Positions 12,361 through 26,084 of a stretch of DNA of 64,000 nt are shown piece by piece (within the stretch, counting starts at the first letter, position 1; the number at the start of each line of letters is the position of its first letter). The DNA is from Eledone cirrhosa (lineage: Eukaryota). Where the stretch lies: contig OZ024741.1 in the NCBI GenBank assembly GCA_964016885.1, forward strand, positions 164,796,001 through 164,860,000. The letters are read 5' to 3'. The position numbers and the translations under genes were made by a program. Under the pieces are notes generated by a model. The model saw only the letters and a program-made list of their open reading frames with translations. It had not been told where the DNA came from and made no database searches.

Positions 12361-13517
12361 ATTATTGTTACCATCATTGTATTATTGCTGGTGGTGATGT
12401 TACTACTGCTATTGGTGTTGTTATGTTTGTTGTTGTAATTTTTATTTATTTTAATCATTTTAACAGAAACACTCATAATAGATGCATTATATAAAAAAAA
12501 AAAACCACTTTGGTAAAGAATGTAATTTATTTTTTATATGACAAAAGTATAAGTATATATGTGATTTTGTTAAGCTTATGTATTTCTAAAGATCACTGAC
12601 TACTTGGAAGTAAGCATTGTAGATACCAGAAACAGTTCACAGGCAAACATAGAGCCTCTGCATCACCATGATCTGCTAGAAACAACAAGCAAACCTTCTT
12701 TCTTTAAAACCATCGGTTGATATTTGAGGACGAATACCCTGAACAATGTTGTTCTATGTGTATAGTATTTGAAAATCATGTAGGAAATTCAGTCTGAATA
12801 TTTTTGATCACAGGGTTGATGGTTCAAAAGCAACATCTTCAATCAATAAGGGAACCTCTATAAGGTCACTTGGCCTGCTAGAAATAGCAGCCGAATCAAC
12901 ATAATATTAAACACAAATTAAATTGTCAGAAATTTAATATTTATATGTTCTTGCTAGAAGAAATATAATGTTAAGACAGTCAGTCAACATAGTTAAGTAG
13001 TCAACATAGTTAAGTAGTCAACATAGACAATGTAGTTAGAAAGCCAACAAAGACAGTCAATATATTTAAACAGTCAACAATGATGATCAACATAGACAGC
13101 TAATATAGTCAACAAGACTAGCTGGAGGAAGGCATCCTCAAACAGAAGAGCTCAGCCAAATGCTTGCAACAGAGTGAACTCCATTAAAGGATTCTATGGG
13201 CCAGGTGGTGATGTTAAACAGGGTGACAGATTAAGATCACCAACCAAATTAAGTCTACTACAATGTGTGTGTGTATGTGTAAGTTTATATATATATATGA
13301 GAGAGAGAGAGAAAGAGAGAATGGTGGGGAGGAAGACAGTTGTGGGAGATGGGGAGAGAGAGAGAGAAATAATTAGATTGATTTTTAAAATTTTATCTTA
13401 TATTGAAAATTCTTCAAAATTTTATTATTTTCTATTTCTGAAATTTATCTATTTCTAAAAGGCTTTCCATTTGAATTTGATTCAATTATATATATATATA
13501 TATATAAATATATTTAA

Positions 13518-13725
13518 CCCTTTAGCATTTACATTACACTATATTTACTATGGTGTTTTCATGATAAAGGCTTAATCTCACATAATATCGAATCTATCAG
13601 ATTTTTATGTTATTTATTTTGAGAACAATACCTTAACATTGGTATGAGTGGCCAGTTACAGCTGGTTTGAACTGAAAGAGGTGAGATAATTCCAGCCGGA
13701 TACGGCCAGCTTAAATGCTAAAGGG
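13518..13725. mobile_element. piggyBac-like MITE, family 1
   Basis: TTAA|ccctttagcattta...taaatgctaaaggg|TTAA. Confidence 0.9.
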
Positions 13726-13730
13726 TTAAC

Positions 13731-13970
13731 GAAGGCTCATTGCTTAGTGGTTAGGTAATTGGATTCACAATCATGAGGTTGTCAGTTTGATTCCCAGACC
13801 AGGCACTGTGTTATGTCCTTGAGCAAGACACTTTATTTCACATTGTTCTTTCTACCAGGAATTCTGACTGGCAGATAATAGTAGCAATGGAAAGACCAAT
13901 GAAAACATGGTTCCTTTGGTCCAGTATGATGAGTTCAGCCCCACTTGATAAGTAAATATGATCTGGGATC
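13731..13970 (+). mobile_element. CORE-type SINE (group B head, tail variant 3; partial copy at ~19065-19200)
   Basis: ggctcattgcttagtggttagg..gtttgattccc..gtccttgagcaagacactttatttcac, then a distinct tail. Confidence 0.7.
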
Positions 13971-14012
13971 TTTGTCAATCGTGAAAAAAAAAAAAATATA
14001 TATATTCATATA

Positions 14013-14023
<11 letters not shown>

Positions 14024-14104
<81 letters not shown>
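14024..14104. repeat. (GA)n microsatellite
   Basis: Direct. Confidence 0.98.
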
Positions 14105-14107
<3 letters not shown>

Positions 14108-15114
14108 TTGTAGCAGTTATTTCATCTTGAAATCCATTCTAACTGCTTTGTTAGCATATGTGTCTATGTCAGATATATATATATATTTAGTGTGGGATGC
14201 TTAAAGCGTCCGTATGCGGTAGGCCGTTTGAGCACTCGATGCTCTTACAGAGCAGAGTATAATATATATATATATATATTATACTCTATTATACTCAGAG
14301 CAGAGTATAATATATATATATATATATTATACTCTGCTCTGCTCTGTCATTTTACGTCTATTCTTCCACGTTACCATGGGTTGTAACATAAATTCCCGCC
14401 GTCGTTATAAAACTTCTTAATAAAAGAACGGCGGGAATTTATGTTACAACCCAATATATATATCATTGTTTTTTTAACGTCAGCTTTCCCAATGTATATA
14501 TATGTATATATATTTGTATATCTGACATGCAAACACAGCAGCAGTTAGATTGCCAAGATGAAATAACAGCAACAACATATATATATATATAAAAGCCAAC
14601 AATAATATTTACCAAAAAGAACCTAATAGTAGATATGATGATAAATGCAGTGACAATACAACAGTTACAATAACAATAATAATTTGTATGGATTTAAATA
14701 GAGAAGAATTTCTTTATTTTCAACAGATAACTGTTTGTTGTTCACTGATGGATCTATCTTTAAAATGGCTGTCAAATTCATAAGATTTTATCATCTTTTT
14801 TTTCATATCCTGTCAACTTAACTGTGGAATATTGCTGGAGTTGTGTATTTTGTAAAATGATTTTTTTTATAGTTTAGTCAGAAAAGAGAAGATCTGCATG
14901 CATGACCCTTTTTCAGAGACTCCAAGACAGAAATATCAAGACATTAATCTAATGAGAGAAGTGTTTACGTGCAGTTAATCTTTAGAATCTAATGAGGATT
15001 CATATTCAGTTTTAATAATTAGTATAATTGAATGGGTGGGGAGGGTTATGATCAACTATTAAATATTTCATCTGAAAATTCTGCTACTTTCAGTTTTAGC
15101 ATTTTACAATTCAT

Positions 15115-15455
15115 CATCATCCAGTACATTTGCTAAAGGGTGGATGAATGTAGCGAGAATGTCCCGTGTGAGTGGGCCTACTCTGACCATGCACCTGTAG
15201 GCTGGTTAATTTGAGGAAGAGAGGGGTGCCCTAGAAGTGTCGGGTGGTTCAGGATTGGTCGGGTACCTGAGTCACCCCTGGGTCGTCCACCCCCAATTGG
15301 GAATTTTTTTTTTTTTATGCATAGTTTATTTTATTTCATTGTTAAATTAGTCTTGCCATTGTGTACTGTTACTCAAGCTTATTGTAAACCCCCACTGTCC
15401 CTGTCTTTGTATTATCCCCTACATGACGGCTCTTGTGGCCAATAAATGAAATCAT
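15115..15455 (+). mobile_element. Probable Tx1/L1-like LINE 3' end (related tails at ~11800-11835, ~19598-19990 minus, ~51490-51660)
   Basis: Short terminal frame STFAKGWMNVARMSRVSGPTLTMHL*, then a UTR ending gtggccaataaatgaaat; clade assignment is inference. Confidence 0.4.
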
Positions 15456-15456
15456 T

Positions 15457-15900
15457 GGTGGATTGGCAGTAGCGGTAGAGGGTCGGACGCTAAGCTTTGA
15501 TGCATAGAGTTACGGCCCTTGCAGTTCTGAGTTAGAATCCCGCCGAGGTTAACTTTGCCTTTCATCCTTACGAGGTCGATAAAATAAAGTACCAGTAATA
15601 CACTGGATTAATTGCTGGCCTTGTGCTAAAAGTAGAAACAATTATTATTATTATCATTGTGGATTGGCAGTATCGGTAGAGAGTCGGACGCCATGCTTTC
15701 CAGCATAGTTGAAACAATTATTTGTAACTTATAATTATGACCCTTTATGACCCTTTTGAAGTTCAAATCCTGCCATAATTGGCTCCATATGGAGCCAATA
15801 AAATAAGGTACCAGTAATGCACAGGGGTGAATTTAATTGAGCCCCCCACCAAAAAAAAGAATTTGTTGGCCTTGTGCCTAAATCACACTCCATTATTATT
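15457..15900 (+). mobile_element. SINE group A cluster
   Basis: Full copy 15457-15650 plus a decayed second copy. Confidence 0.9.
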
Positions 15901-15902
15901 GT

Positions 15903-16670
15903 TATGAAAGACAGACTGAATGATGCATGTATACGAACAACAATGTTGCACAGCAGCAAGACCTGGGTACCTTGGAAAGAAATGAAGCATCCATGCTTCG
16001 ATGGATGTGTAATAGTAATATACGTGAACAGCATAAATGAACTGTGAGAGAAATTAGGCAAAAGTGGGATCAGATGCAGTGTGCAGGCAAGGAGATTGCA
16101 TTGGTATGGACATGTGATGTGTATGAAGGAAGACAGCTGTATAAAAAAATGCAGAACGAGCAAAGTTAATGGAAGCCATGGAGTGGCCAGGCTTAGGAAG
16201 ATTTGGGATGAGGTGATAAAAGCTGACCTTACACAATTACACCTCTCTAAGGCCCCTGATCTCTGGCACTATGCAGTAATACAGAGGACCCACCCTCCCA
16301 TATGCAGGAGCATACATCTAATATACCCCCCCCCCCCCAAATGCACCTCCCTCACTGTAATGGTCCCACCCCTTTATCTACCTTCCCAATTTCCCATGCA
16401 TCTTCCCAACGCAAGTCCTCAATCTACACCGTAAAGTGGTCATTCTGGAGCCATGACAAAAAGTGCCCAGTCCACACTGTAAAGTGGTCAACAAAAAGCA
16501 CCCAGTCCACATTTGGCGTTAGGAAGGGCATCCGCTGTAGAAACCAAGCCATTATCAGTTCTGTGTGAGCAAACCATGGTCATCTGACCTGGCATAGCTC
16601 ACAACAGGATAACTTGTCTAACCCATGCTAGCATGGAAAAATGGATGTTAAACGGTGATGAAGATGATAA
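15903..16670 (+). mobile_element. RTE LINE 3' fragment, older subfamily, with internal deletions
   Basis: ORF 16081..16434 RRLHWYGHVMCMKEDSCIKKC..; GGAAGGGCATCC tail. Confidence 0.9.
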
Positions 16671-16759
16671 CTAGTTTTCATTACTTTCTCATCTTTACTG
16701 TAATTCTTTGTTTTATTCACTACATTCGCACACACACACACACACATATATATATATAG

Positions 16760-16960
16760 CAACATGAATGGACCTGTTATTTTTCTCTAAAACATTTTTT
16801 CCAATTCCACCCCGCCCGTCCCTTCAATCTCTCTAATTTCTCATTCTTTCTTCTGATGAAGGACTAGCATCTGAAAGATTAAGACCCTCTTACTGCTATT
16901 TAAAACATTAACCTAATATATTCCTTCCATATTCTGTACCGATTGTTTACCTTTTACATA
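16760..16960 (+). mobile_element. ~250-bp non-coding repeat carrying a decayed minimal hammerhead (HHR family 2; Penelope-like pLTR or retrozyme)
   Basis: tcttCTGATGAaggactagcatctGAAAgattaaga at 16849-16884; flanks align by eye with copies at 35825, 37660, 47085. Confidence 0.65.
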
Positions 16961-16973
16961 CACACACGCACAC

Positions 16974-17044
<71 letters not shown>

Positions 17045-17920
17045 TGTGCAACGAACGAATTTTGTTAGACTATATATATGTTTTTGTGTCCATATTATAT
17101 CTGTCTAATTTTGACCGTCGGACAGTCAATGGTAAACATTGAGGACCGTATAAATTAACTAATATAAAAGATACAGAAGCGAAAACCAACCAAACAGTAA
17201 GTGTGTTCTGTTATTAATTCTGGCAATATTATAACAATATGACCCTCCCCAAGTATAACAATATATATGTATATATATTGTTATACATACACATACACAC
17301 GCACATGTGCACACATGTATACAAATACACGCACAAAAAGTACACATAATACAAAGAGAGAGTAAGGAAGATTAAGGAGAACCTCATACCACCAACCAAA
17401 CAAAGAATTGTTTTTCTTCACAGTTACATTTCCAAATTCTTGCAATCTACTTTGAATCCAAAAATAAATGTGTTTTGTTTCCATAAAATATTTCTTTCAA
17501 TGAACTTTGGAAAATAACAAAGGAATTCACTTGAAGGTGTTTTTCATGTTTACCAATTCCATGGACATAGCTTTTGGCTCTTCCCAATCTTATTTTGTTC
17601 ATTTTAAGTTCTGAGAACTAAAGAGGAAACAAACATTAAGAAACAAATATTTCTTTCAAATTTAGTTGAAGATAGTGTGTCAGTGTGTGTATCATGTGTG
17701 TGTGTGTGTGTGTGCATCTGATTATGTGTGTGATATCAAAAGTGGAGTTTTGTGATGTAGGTTTTAATATTTAATATGCACGTGCACACACACACAAATC
17801 ATCTCTCTGTATTTATATATATATAATCATCATCATCATCATCATCATTGTTTAACGTCTATCTTCCACGCTAGCATGGGTTTAATATACCAAAACACAC
17901 ACATATATATATGTATATAT

Positions 17921-18110
17921 AATAATTGTTTCTACTTTTGGCACAAGACCAGCAATTATCCCAGTGCATTACTGGTACTTTATTTTATCGACCCCGTAAG
18001 GATGAAAGGCAAAGTTAACCTCAGCGGGATTTGAATTCAGATCATAAGGGGCCGTAACTCTATGCTGCAAAGCATGGCGTCAGATCCTCTACCGATACTG
18101 CCAATCCACT
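17921..18110 (-). mobile_element. SINE group A, full length
   Basis: Reverse complement of the group A consensus. Confidence 0.9.
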
Positions 18111-18444
18111 AAGGAGCAAGAATGAAGTATCAATATAACATCAATATATTTATTTACACATGACACATGTTTCACGAATGATCAGCTCAAAGTACGATCG
18201 GTAGTGATCAATATACCAACATATATGACATACCAACAAAACATATATGATATACCAATCTAATCTGTTTATGATATATATATATCATATACGATATATG
18301 AACACCAGGAATAGACATGGTCCTAACCTCTGGCTGAAACACCTGACCAGTAGCCATGGATATAGAATAGCAGCATTACATAATATGCTAAGGAGGCTGG
18401 AATTAACATTTTGCTGGATAGGAAAACTATTCTAAATACCCTCA

Positions 18445-18725
18445 AACAAAAACATCATACACCCACCACATTATAGGCCTATAACATGCCTACCAACAAT
18501 ATCATATACCACCCACATTATAGGCCTATAACATGCCTACCAACAAAATATACCCACCACATTATAGGCCTATAACATGCCTACCAACAAAATATACCCA
18601 CCACATTATAGGCCTATAACATACCTACCAACAACATCATACACCCACCACGTTGTAGGCCTATAACATGCCTATCAACAACATCATATACCCACCACAT
18701 TATAGGCCTATAACATCCCTACCAT
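18445..18725. repeat. ~41-45-bp minisatellite with internal palindrome ttataggcctataa, ~6 copies
   Basis: Direct. Confidence 0.9.
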
Positions 18726-18764
18726 ATCATCTCTAGGTACCCAGTCCTTGCCAAGTTTGAATAT

Positions 18765-19011
18765 ATACATAGACATGGTCGAGTTGATAGTTATATCTGT
18801 ATGAAAATGAGCAAAAAGTGGTATAAACTTTTACCAAATACAGGGTATGCCAATCAAAACTGACAACGGTATCAAGGCAAATCATCCAGACATAATAATC
18901 AAGGGCTGAAAAAATGGAAAAAAGCATGCACACTGATAGGCATTGCAAAGCACTTCTGGCTAAATATTGCCTCAAAAGTGGAAAAACTCTCAAAATACAA
19001 AAATCTTGAAA

Positions 19012-19012
<1 letters not shown>
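18765..19012 (+). mobile_element. R4/Dong-like RLE fragment
   Basis: Similar to 57100-57350: MPIKTDNGIKANHPDIII..MHTD..KLSKYK. Confidence 0.6.
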
Positions 19013-19060
<48 letters not shown>

Positions 19061-19641
19061 TGCCAAACTGGGTGATGCATTATGTCCTTAGGCAAGACAC
19101 TTTATTTCATGTTGCTCCTTCTACCTGGAGTTGCAATTGATAGATAGTATTAGCAATAGGAAAGACTAATGGAAACATCATTTCCTCGGTCCGATTTGAT
19201 GAAAGTCGATCGACTGTCGATATATACATGATGTGTGGTATGAAGGTAAAAGTATGTCAATAATAATTAAAGTATGTGATGTGATAAGAAAAATATATGA
19301 ACCAAAATATAGAAGATATACTAGGGCTCACAATGCTAAACACTATACAAAAATGGCTCTGCTAGTAATAACACAAATCTTGTGCAAGACATTATGGTCT
19401 CAATAGCACAACTAAAACAGAACAATCTAAACACACAAGACACACTTTAATCAATTAAAACCTCATAAAATAAAATGACTCAAAAAATTATACTCTACAG
19501 GATTAATAAATGGGAAAATTACACACCTCACATATACTATACACAAGAGAATAAACACTAAAATGGCAATAGAAAGAACACGCTAAACCAAATAATAATT
19601 TCTTTATTAGCCACACAGGGCTCACATTAAGGAAACTTTAA

Positions 19642-19831
19642 CCCTTTAGTATTTAAACCGGCCATATCCGGCCAGAATTCTCTCACCTCCAGCTGTAACC
19701 GGCTGCTCATACTGATGTTAAGGTATTGTTCTCAAAATAAATAATATTAAAATGTCATAGATTTGATATTATTTGAAATAAAGCATTTACCAAGAAAATA
19801 TAATAATATATATAAAGTGAATGCTAAAGGG
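19642..19831. mobile_element. piggyBac-like MITE, family 1 (opposite orientation)
   Basis: TTAA|ccctttagtattt...aatgctaaaggg|TTAA. Confidence 0.88.
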
Positions 19832-20129
19832 TTAAAGATGGGACAGGACGATACAGTGTGGGTATTTTTGTGTAAAATAAATTTATAACAGAGACTAAGA
19901 AAATAAACATTTAAAAACAAACAACAAATTCCCCAAAGGTGAGGAGACTCCAAGGGTCACTTGTGGAGAAATCCCACAAAAACCACAGTCACCCTGTCTG
20001 CTAAAATCTCTAAATCACGCCTCCACCACAAAAATAAGAAGATACAATGCTGCACAAAGTTCAGGAACATGGTGATGCATCAGGTAATACAGTAGAAATT
20101 CACATGAAACTATCAAATACAAAAAAATA

Positions 20130-20690
20130 ACAATGGTTTCTAATTTTAAGTACAAGGCCAGCAATTTGTGGGGAGGGAAAAGTTGATTGTACTGATTTTG
20201 GAAAGATGAAAGGCAAATTCAACCTTGGCATAATATAAAAAAGGACAACTAAATTCTGCAAAGCATTTTGTTCAGCACACTAATGATTCTGCCAAAACAC
20301 TACTCATTAATAATAATTGTTGCTACCTTTGGCACAAAGCCAGCAATTATCCCTGTGTATTATTGGTACTTTATTTTATTGACCCCATAAGGATGAAAGG
20401 CAAAGTTAACCTTGGTGGGATTTGAAATCAGACTGTAAAGAGCCGTAACTCTATGCTGAAAAGCATGGTGTCTGACCTACCGATACTGCCAATCCACCAG
20501 CCTGTAATCCACTACCCAATGATAATAATCTAAACTATAATAAAGTAAGGAGTGGGACTGCGTACGGTTTATAATTGTTTATCTCATTAGTAAAATAAGT
20601 TGCATTACTTTGAATAAATAATTGTTTCTACTTTAGGCACAAGGCCAGCAATTACCCAGTGCATTACTGGTACTTTATTTTATCGATAAA
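20130..20690 (-). mobile_element. SINE group A copies (2 plus a partial)
   Basis: ggcacaaagccagc..ggatgaaaggcaaagtt..ccgatactgccaatccac. Confidence 0.8.
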
Positions 20691-20819
20691 TAATGAATGA
20701 ATATTACATAATTTATCTACTAAATTCCGTGGCTGTTGATTAAATATATTTTGTTTATTTAATGATTCACTTCTTTAAAATTTCTGAAATGTCAACACTT
20801 CCGGTTGGCCATCGCTTAA

Positions 20820-21017
20820 CCCTTTAGCATTCACATTATTTTATATATACTATTATATTTTCGTGGAAAAGGCTTTATCTCACATAATATCGAATCTATG
20901 AGATTTTGAAAGTATTTATTTTGAGAACAATATCTTAACATCAGTTTGAGTGACCAGTTACAGCCAGTTTCAACAGAAAGAGGTAGAGAATTCTGGTCGG
21001 TTTTGGCCAGTTTGAAC
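20820..21017. mobile_element. piggyBac-like MITE, family 1, right end missing
   Basis: TTAA|ccctttagcattc plus internal sequence shared with 13518. Confidence 0.8.
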
Positions 21018-21234
21018 ACTAATTTTCATACTAATTTTCTCCTAATGCAGTTTATATATAATATCGTCTTTTTTAATGTATCATGGATTACGTTACTGAT
21101 TAAATAAGACAGTGTAACGCAGTCTTCGTTCAATTTCTATGTATAGTCAATTACGATTTTATTTGATGTATACCTGCGTATACCTGCGTATAATATCAAT
21201 ATGCATATAATATCAATATGTTTTTCTGAGAGTG

Positions 21235-21709
21235 ATAATAATGTTTTCTTATATAGGCACAAGGCCAACAATTTGGGGAGAGGAGAAAGTCGATTAAATT
21301 GACCCCAGTGTATGACTGGTACTTTATTTTATCGACCTCGTAAAGATGAAAGGCAAAGTTAACCTCAATGGGATTTGAACTCAGAATGTAAAGGTACGTA
21401 ATTACATGTTGCAAAGCATGTTGTCTGATGCTCTACCAATACTGCCAATATACCACCCATGAAAAAAAACAACAAAAAAACAATGATAATGGTTTCTGAT
21501 ATAGGCACAAGGAAGGCCAACAATTTTGGGGGAAATAGAAAGAAGATTAAATCAACTCCAGTGCATTACTGGTACTTTATTTTATCTATCCCTAAGGATG
21601 AAAGGCAAAGCTAACCTCAGTGCAATTTGAACTCAGAATGTAAAGGCCATAACTCTATATCACTAAGCATGTTGTCCAACGCTCTACTGATTCTGCCAAT
21701 CCACCACCC

Positions 21710-21710
<1 letters not shown>
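21235..21710 (-). mobile_element. SINE group A, two copies
   Basis: Reverse complement of the consensus, followed by (TAA)n. Confidence 0.85.
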
Positions 21711-21767
<57 letters not shown>

Positions 21768-21959
21768 CAATGGGATAACCTATATGTAATCTTCTAAGCC
21801 ATTTATACAATTGCTTCTTCGGACTTGGTTTTACATTTGCATTTTACATTTGTGTATTCCTTTTTGCTTCATGTTTTTTTCCAGTATTTATTTATTTATT
21901 CTTAAAAAAAAATGTCTTTTCTTTAAAAATATGGCATCAAGTATTTCTTTGTCACTTAC

Positions 21960-21982
21960 TCAGCATTTATAGATCACGATCT
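21960..21982 (-). other. Candidate 21-23-nt micro-exon
   Basis: Minus strand: tttttttctctttctcttaacacttttgttAG|agatcgtgatctataaatgctga|GTAAGT. Confidence 0.3.
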
Positions 21983-22206
21983 CTAACAAAAGTGTTAAGA
22001 GAAAGAGAAAAAAATATATATTGATATCTGATCATGAACATTGTCAAAGAATGGAACAATTTTGGCTTGTGTGATTTAGTGTGTGAATGTATGTGTTTGG
22101 GTGTAATGGAGAGATAGTATGTGTGTGTGTGTGTTTTAGAGAGAGACAGCAACAATTTGTGTATGTGTATGTATCATAGTATGCATAGATGTGTGAGAGA
22201 GAGTGC

Positions 22207-22237
<31 letters not shown>

Positions 22238-22274
22238 CACACACACATATATACACATTGAATGTATGTGTGTG

Positions 22275-22322
<48 letters not shown>

Positions 22323-22844
22323 TTGAATGTGTGTGTGAGAGAGACAGAGAAGAGAATATGTATATGTGAATGTGTGCATGAGAGAGAGAGAGAGAGAGAA
22401 TGTGTATGTAAGAAAGAAAGAGAATGTGTGTGCATGTGTATGAGAGAGAAGAAGAGAGTGTGGGTGTATGTGTATGAGAGAGAAGAAGAGAGTGTGGGTG
22501 TATGTAAGAGGCAGAGCTAGAGAAAGTCCATCAGTGTGTGTATGTGTGATAGAGAAAGAGTGCATATATAACTTGAATGTATAAGTTAGAGAGAGAGAGA
22601 GTCAGAGAAAGGGTGCATGTGTTACATGTGTGAGAAGGAGAAGTGTGTATATGAGTATGTGTGTGTGTAAACAGTTGCATAGTTGTGTGAACATTCCATA
22701 TTCTACAATTAAAAAGAAAATCAATTTGACTTTTATGTAAAGAATCATGTGAAAGGAACCAGTGTCAAAGACATTGCCATCTTAAGGCAATACAATATGG
22801 AAACAGAATGTTGTCATCAGATTTAAAATGTCATTGAACTGAAA

Positions 22845-23280
22845 TAATGTTGGTTGGTGATGTAGTGAAGTTAGACCAAGGTATAATGTAGTGAAGTTAG
22901 ACAAAGGTATAATGTAGTGTGGTTGGTGATGTAGTGAAGTTAGACCAAGGTATAATGTAGTGTTGGTTGGTGATGTAGTGAAGTTAGGCCAAGGTATAAT
23001 GTAGTGTTGGTTGGTGATGTAGTGAAGTTAGACCAAGGTATAATGTAGTGTTGGTTGGTGATGTAGTGAAGTTAGACAAAGGTATAATGTAGTGTTGGTT
23101 GGTGATGTAGTGAAGTTAGACCAAGGTATAATGTAGTGTTGGTTGGTGATGTAGTGAAGTTAGACAAAGGTATAATGTAGTGTGGTTGGTGATGTAGTGA
23201 AGTTAGACCAAGGTATAATGTAGTGTTGGTTGGTGATGTAGTGAAGTTAGACCAAGGTAAATGTAGTGTTAGTTGGTGAC
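22845..23280. repeat. 44-bp minisatellite (gtataatgtagtgttggttggtgatgtagtgaagttagaccaag), ~10 copies
   Basis: Period 44 (23041 to 23085). Confidence 0.95.
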
Positions 23281-23430
23281 AGAGTAAAGACAGGGTGAGG
23301 TAGAGCAAGGTAATGAAAAATAGTTCATATCTAGTTTGAGATTAAAATAAATCTAATACACTGGGTTCCACTTCAACAAATGGTGGAAGGAATATCTTGT
23401 AATGCAAGCTATATGTAACACACACACATT

Positions 23431-23521
23431 TAGGGTGTCCCCCAAAATGTATACACACTTTGATTGCCTGTACAGCCAATATTTATTAGAGTGGTGTATA
23501 TATGTTTTGGGGGACACTCTG
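23431..23521. mobile_element. Tiny Tc1/mariner-like MITE (also 38190-38295, ~43860-43929, 55971-56033)
   Basis: agggtgtccccc aaaatgtatacac ... ttttgggggacactctg|TA; CAGGGTGTCC-type TIR with TA flanks. Confidence 0.75.
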
Positions 23522-24139
23522 TATGTGTGTGTAGAATACATATTTATTATTTAACACACACATATATCCTCAGACATATATATCCTCATCATCCTTTCAT
23601 GTCTATTTTTCCATGCTAGCAAAGGCTGGGTGGCTGAATTTCAATGTATTGTAGATAGAGTGTGTATGGTAAGTTTCTGAAAAAAAAGGCTCTATCATGT
23701 GATTTCATTCCCAGTGAAAGCTTTTTTAATTTTCTGACATTATTTTGTGTAGATAATGTTCATCAGAAATACATGGACATCTTAATTCCTCTTTTCCCAA
23801 ACATTCCTTCATGTCTGGAGAGAGCGATAAGTAGCCACACTAGTATAGGTCGAGGTAAATTAGTAGAGTTGTTAGGGCATAGAACAAAATGGCTTGTGGT
23901 GTTTGTTCTGCCTCCCTGCCAATTATAAATGAGAGAACGAAGTGGATAGTAAGAAGGGGATAAGGTGAAGAAGATGCCAACTTATCCCATCCCCATTCTC
24001 TCGAAATGGTTCAACATGGTTTACATGCTGTAAGTTGAAAAACTTAAAAGTTGAATGTACTGGTGACAAGTGGTTTATATAATATATATATAAATATATA
24101 CATACACATATACATACATATATATAAATATATATATAT

Positions 24140-24215
<76 letters not shown>

Positions 24216-24268
24216 ATGTGTATGTATATGTGTATATACATATATATACATATATACATATACATATA

Positions 24269-24299
<31 letters not shown>

Positions 24300-25299
24300 A
24301 AGAGAAATGAAAAAGTGTAGGGAGCAAAAAATAAAAATAAAAATATATATAAAACCCCCATAAAAACTCTTTATAAAATCAATGATGTGAGATATAGGTC
24401 AAAGTACGAATGTTTGTTATACATAAAAACAACAACACCTGAAGAAGTTTCCTTCCACTACTGCCACATTATTATCATCATACAGTCCTGCAATAGTAGC
24501 TTCTTATCCTAACTTAAAGAGATTGGCAAAACAAGCAAATCAATCAATATCTAGTTAGTTTAATGCCTCCTAATTCTTCTTCTTGTTTCATCTGTAACAA
24601 CCACAACAACAGCAACAGGGACAACAACAACAACAACAACAACAACACAATAATAACAACAGCAACAACAACAACTCAATCACTTTTAATCGATTTACTC
24701 AACATAGATAAATAATATTTGTCCGACAGCCAATATGAAGATTTTTCAAATAATAAATATAGAAAAGAAACTGACAAATGAAGATAAATGATGATGATGA
24801 TGATGATGATCATGGTGATGATGATGGTGATGATGATCATGATGATGCTGATGAGGATGATTATAACGAAGTAGTATATGTATATAAGCACAAACATGTT
24901 TAGCTAATACAATATAGGCTTACAGAAGCAAACACTAATATTTACACATACAAACAGATATAAACACATGCCACAGATATTTACACCTACAAATACTTAT
25001 ATAAATAAACAGAAACAACACATATATAAGCACATACACAGATACAAATGCATGGCAAACACATATATAAACACATATACAGATATAAACATATACATAC
25101 ACAGATATAAATACATATGAACACAGATACATACACATAGAAGACATTCACAGATATATACCCAAAGAAATACATAGACAGATATACACACAGAAACACA
25201 TTCATAGATATATACCCATAGAAACACATAGATATAATCGCAGATATATACATATCCAAACATATACACATATATGAACACCTACATAGATAAATATAA

Positions 25300-25575
25300 A
25301 TAATGATGAAATTATTGTGCACAATGCTCAGGTGCACTACAACTCATCAAAGGTGCATGTATAGTACATAGAATAATGTACAAATGTCAGGAAAGTGAAC
25401 AGTGTATGAGTTATGATATACGTGTGTGCGTGTGTATGGAGGGGAAATATCAGGTGTAGTGTTGGCGAATTTCAGGAAGCATGGAGAGTTTAAAGGATGC
25501 AGTGTCCTGACAGCTAACAACTGATGCAGGTAGTTTGTTCCATGCTTAAGCAAATCTGAGTGTGAAAAAATGTCA
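25300..25575 (-). mobile_element. CR1 LINE 3' end (third, shorter copy at ~47625-47745)
   Basis: Clear similarity to 11125-11405. Confidence 0.88.
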
Positions 25576-26084
25576 CACTACTTTCTAATGCATCCCCTTT
25601 GTTCTTGGAGTTAGGGTCTACTTGGGGAAGATCCTCCCTCACCTAAGAAATCTTTACATTCAACAATCTCTCATTAGTAACATATCAATGCATCTTTATT
25701 TCTAATATGAGTAAGGATAAGTGAACTTCTGTCATTCCACACACACTTCTCTTCCATAGCATCTAAGTTCTTCTTGATATACTGTCTTGGAATCTAGAAC
25801 ACCTTACACTTCTGATCTTCACACCACAGAACAAATCTCTTGCTTCATAAATCTGTCATCTCACTTCTCTTTTAGCTACTTGCTAGCGTTCCTTGATTCC
25901 TTTAACTATCCAAACTTACCAATCATATCTCTTAACTTTAATGACCCTTTTTACAATACTGTTCTACCACCACATCAGCTTTCATGTGCTTAGTACCTTC
26001 CTCCAACCACAGACTGCATCTGTGGCCTTCAGCAGATTGTCTTGAAGGAGTTTTGAATTTTCTGCGCATCAGCATTTCCCTGAG

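Noticed and set aside
23722-23770. Minus-strand CTGATGA-acattat..ataatgt-ca-GAAA hammerhead-like motif
   Set aside because: Two extra bases before GAAA, only ~3 A-U pairs in stem I, and it folds equally well as a simple hairpin
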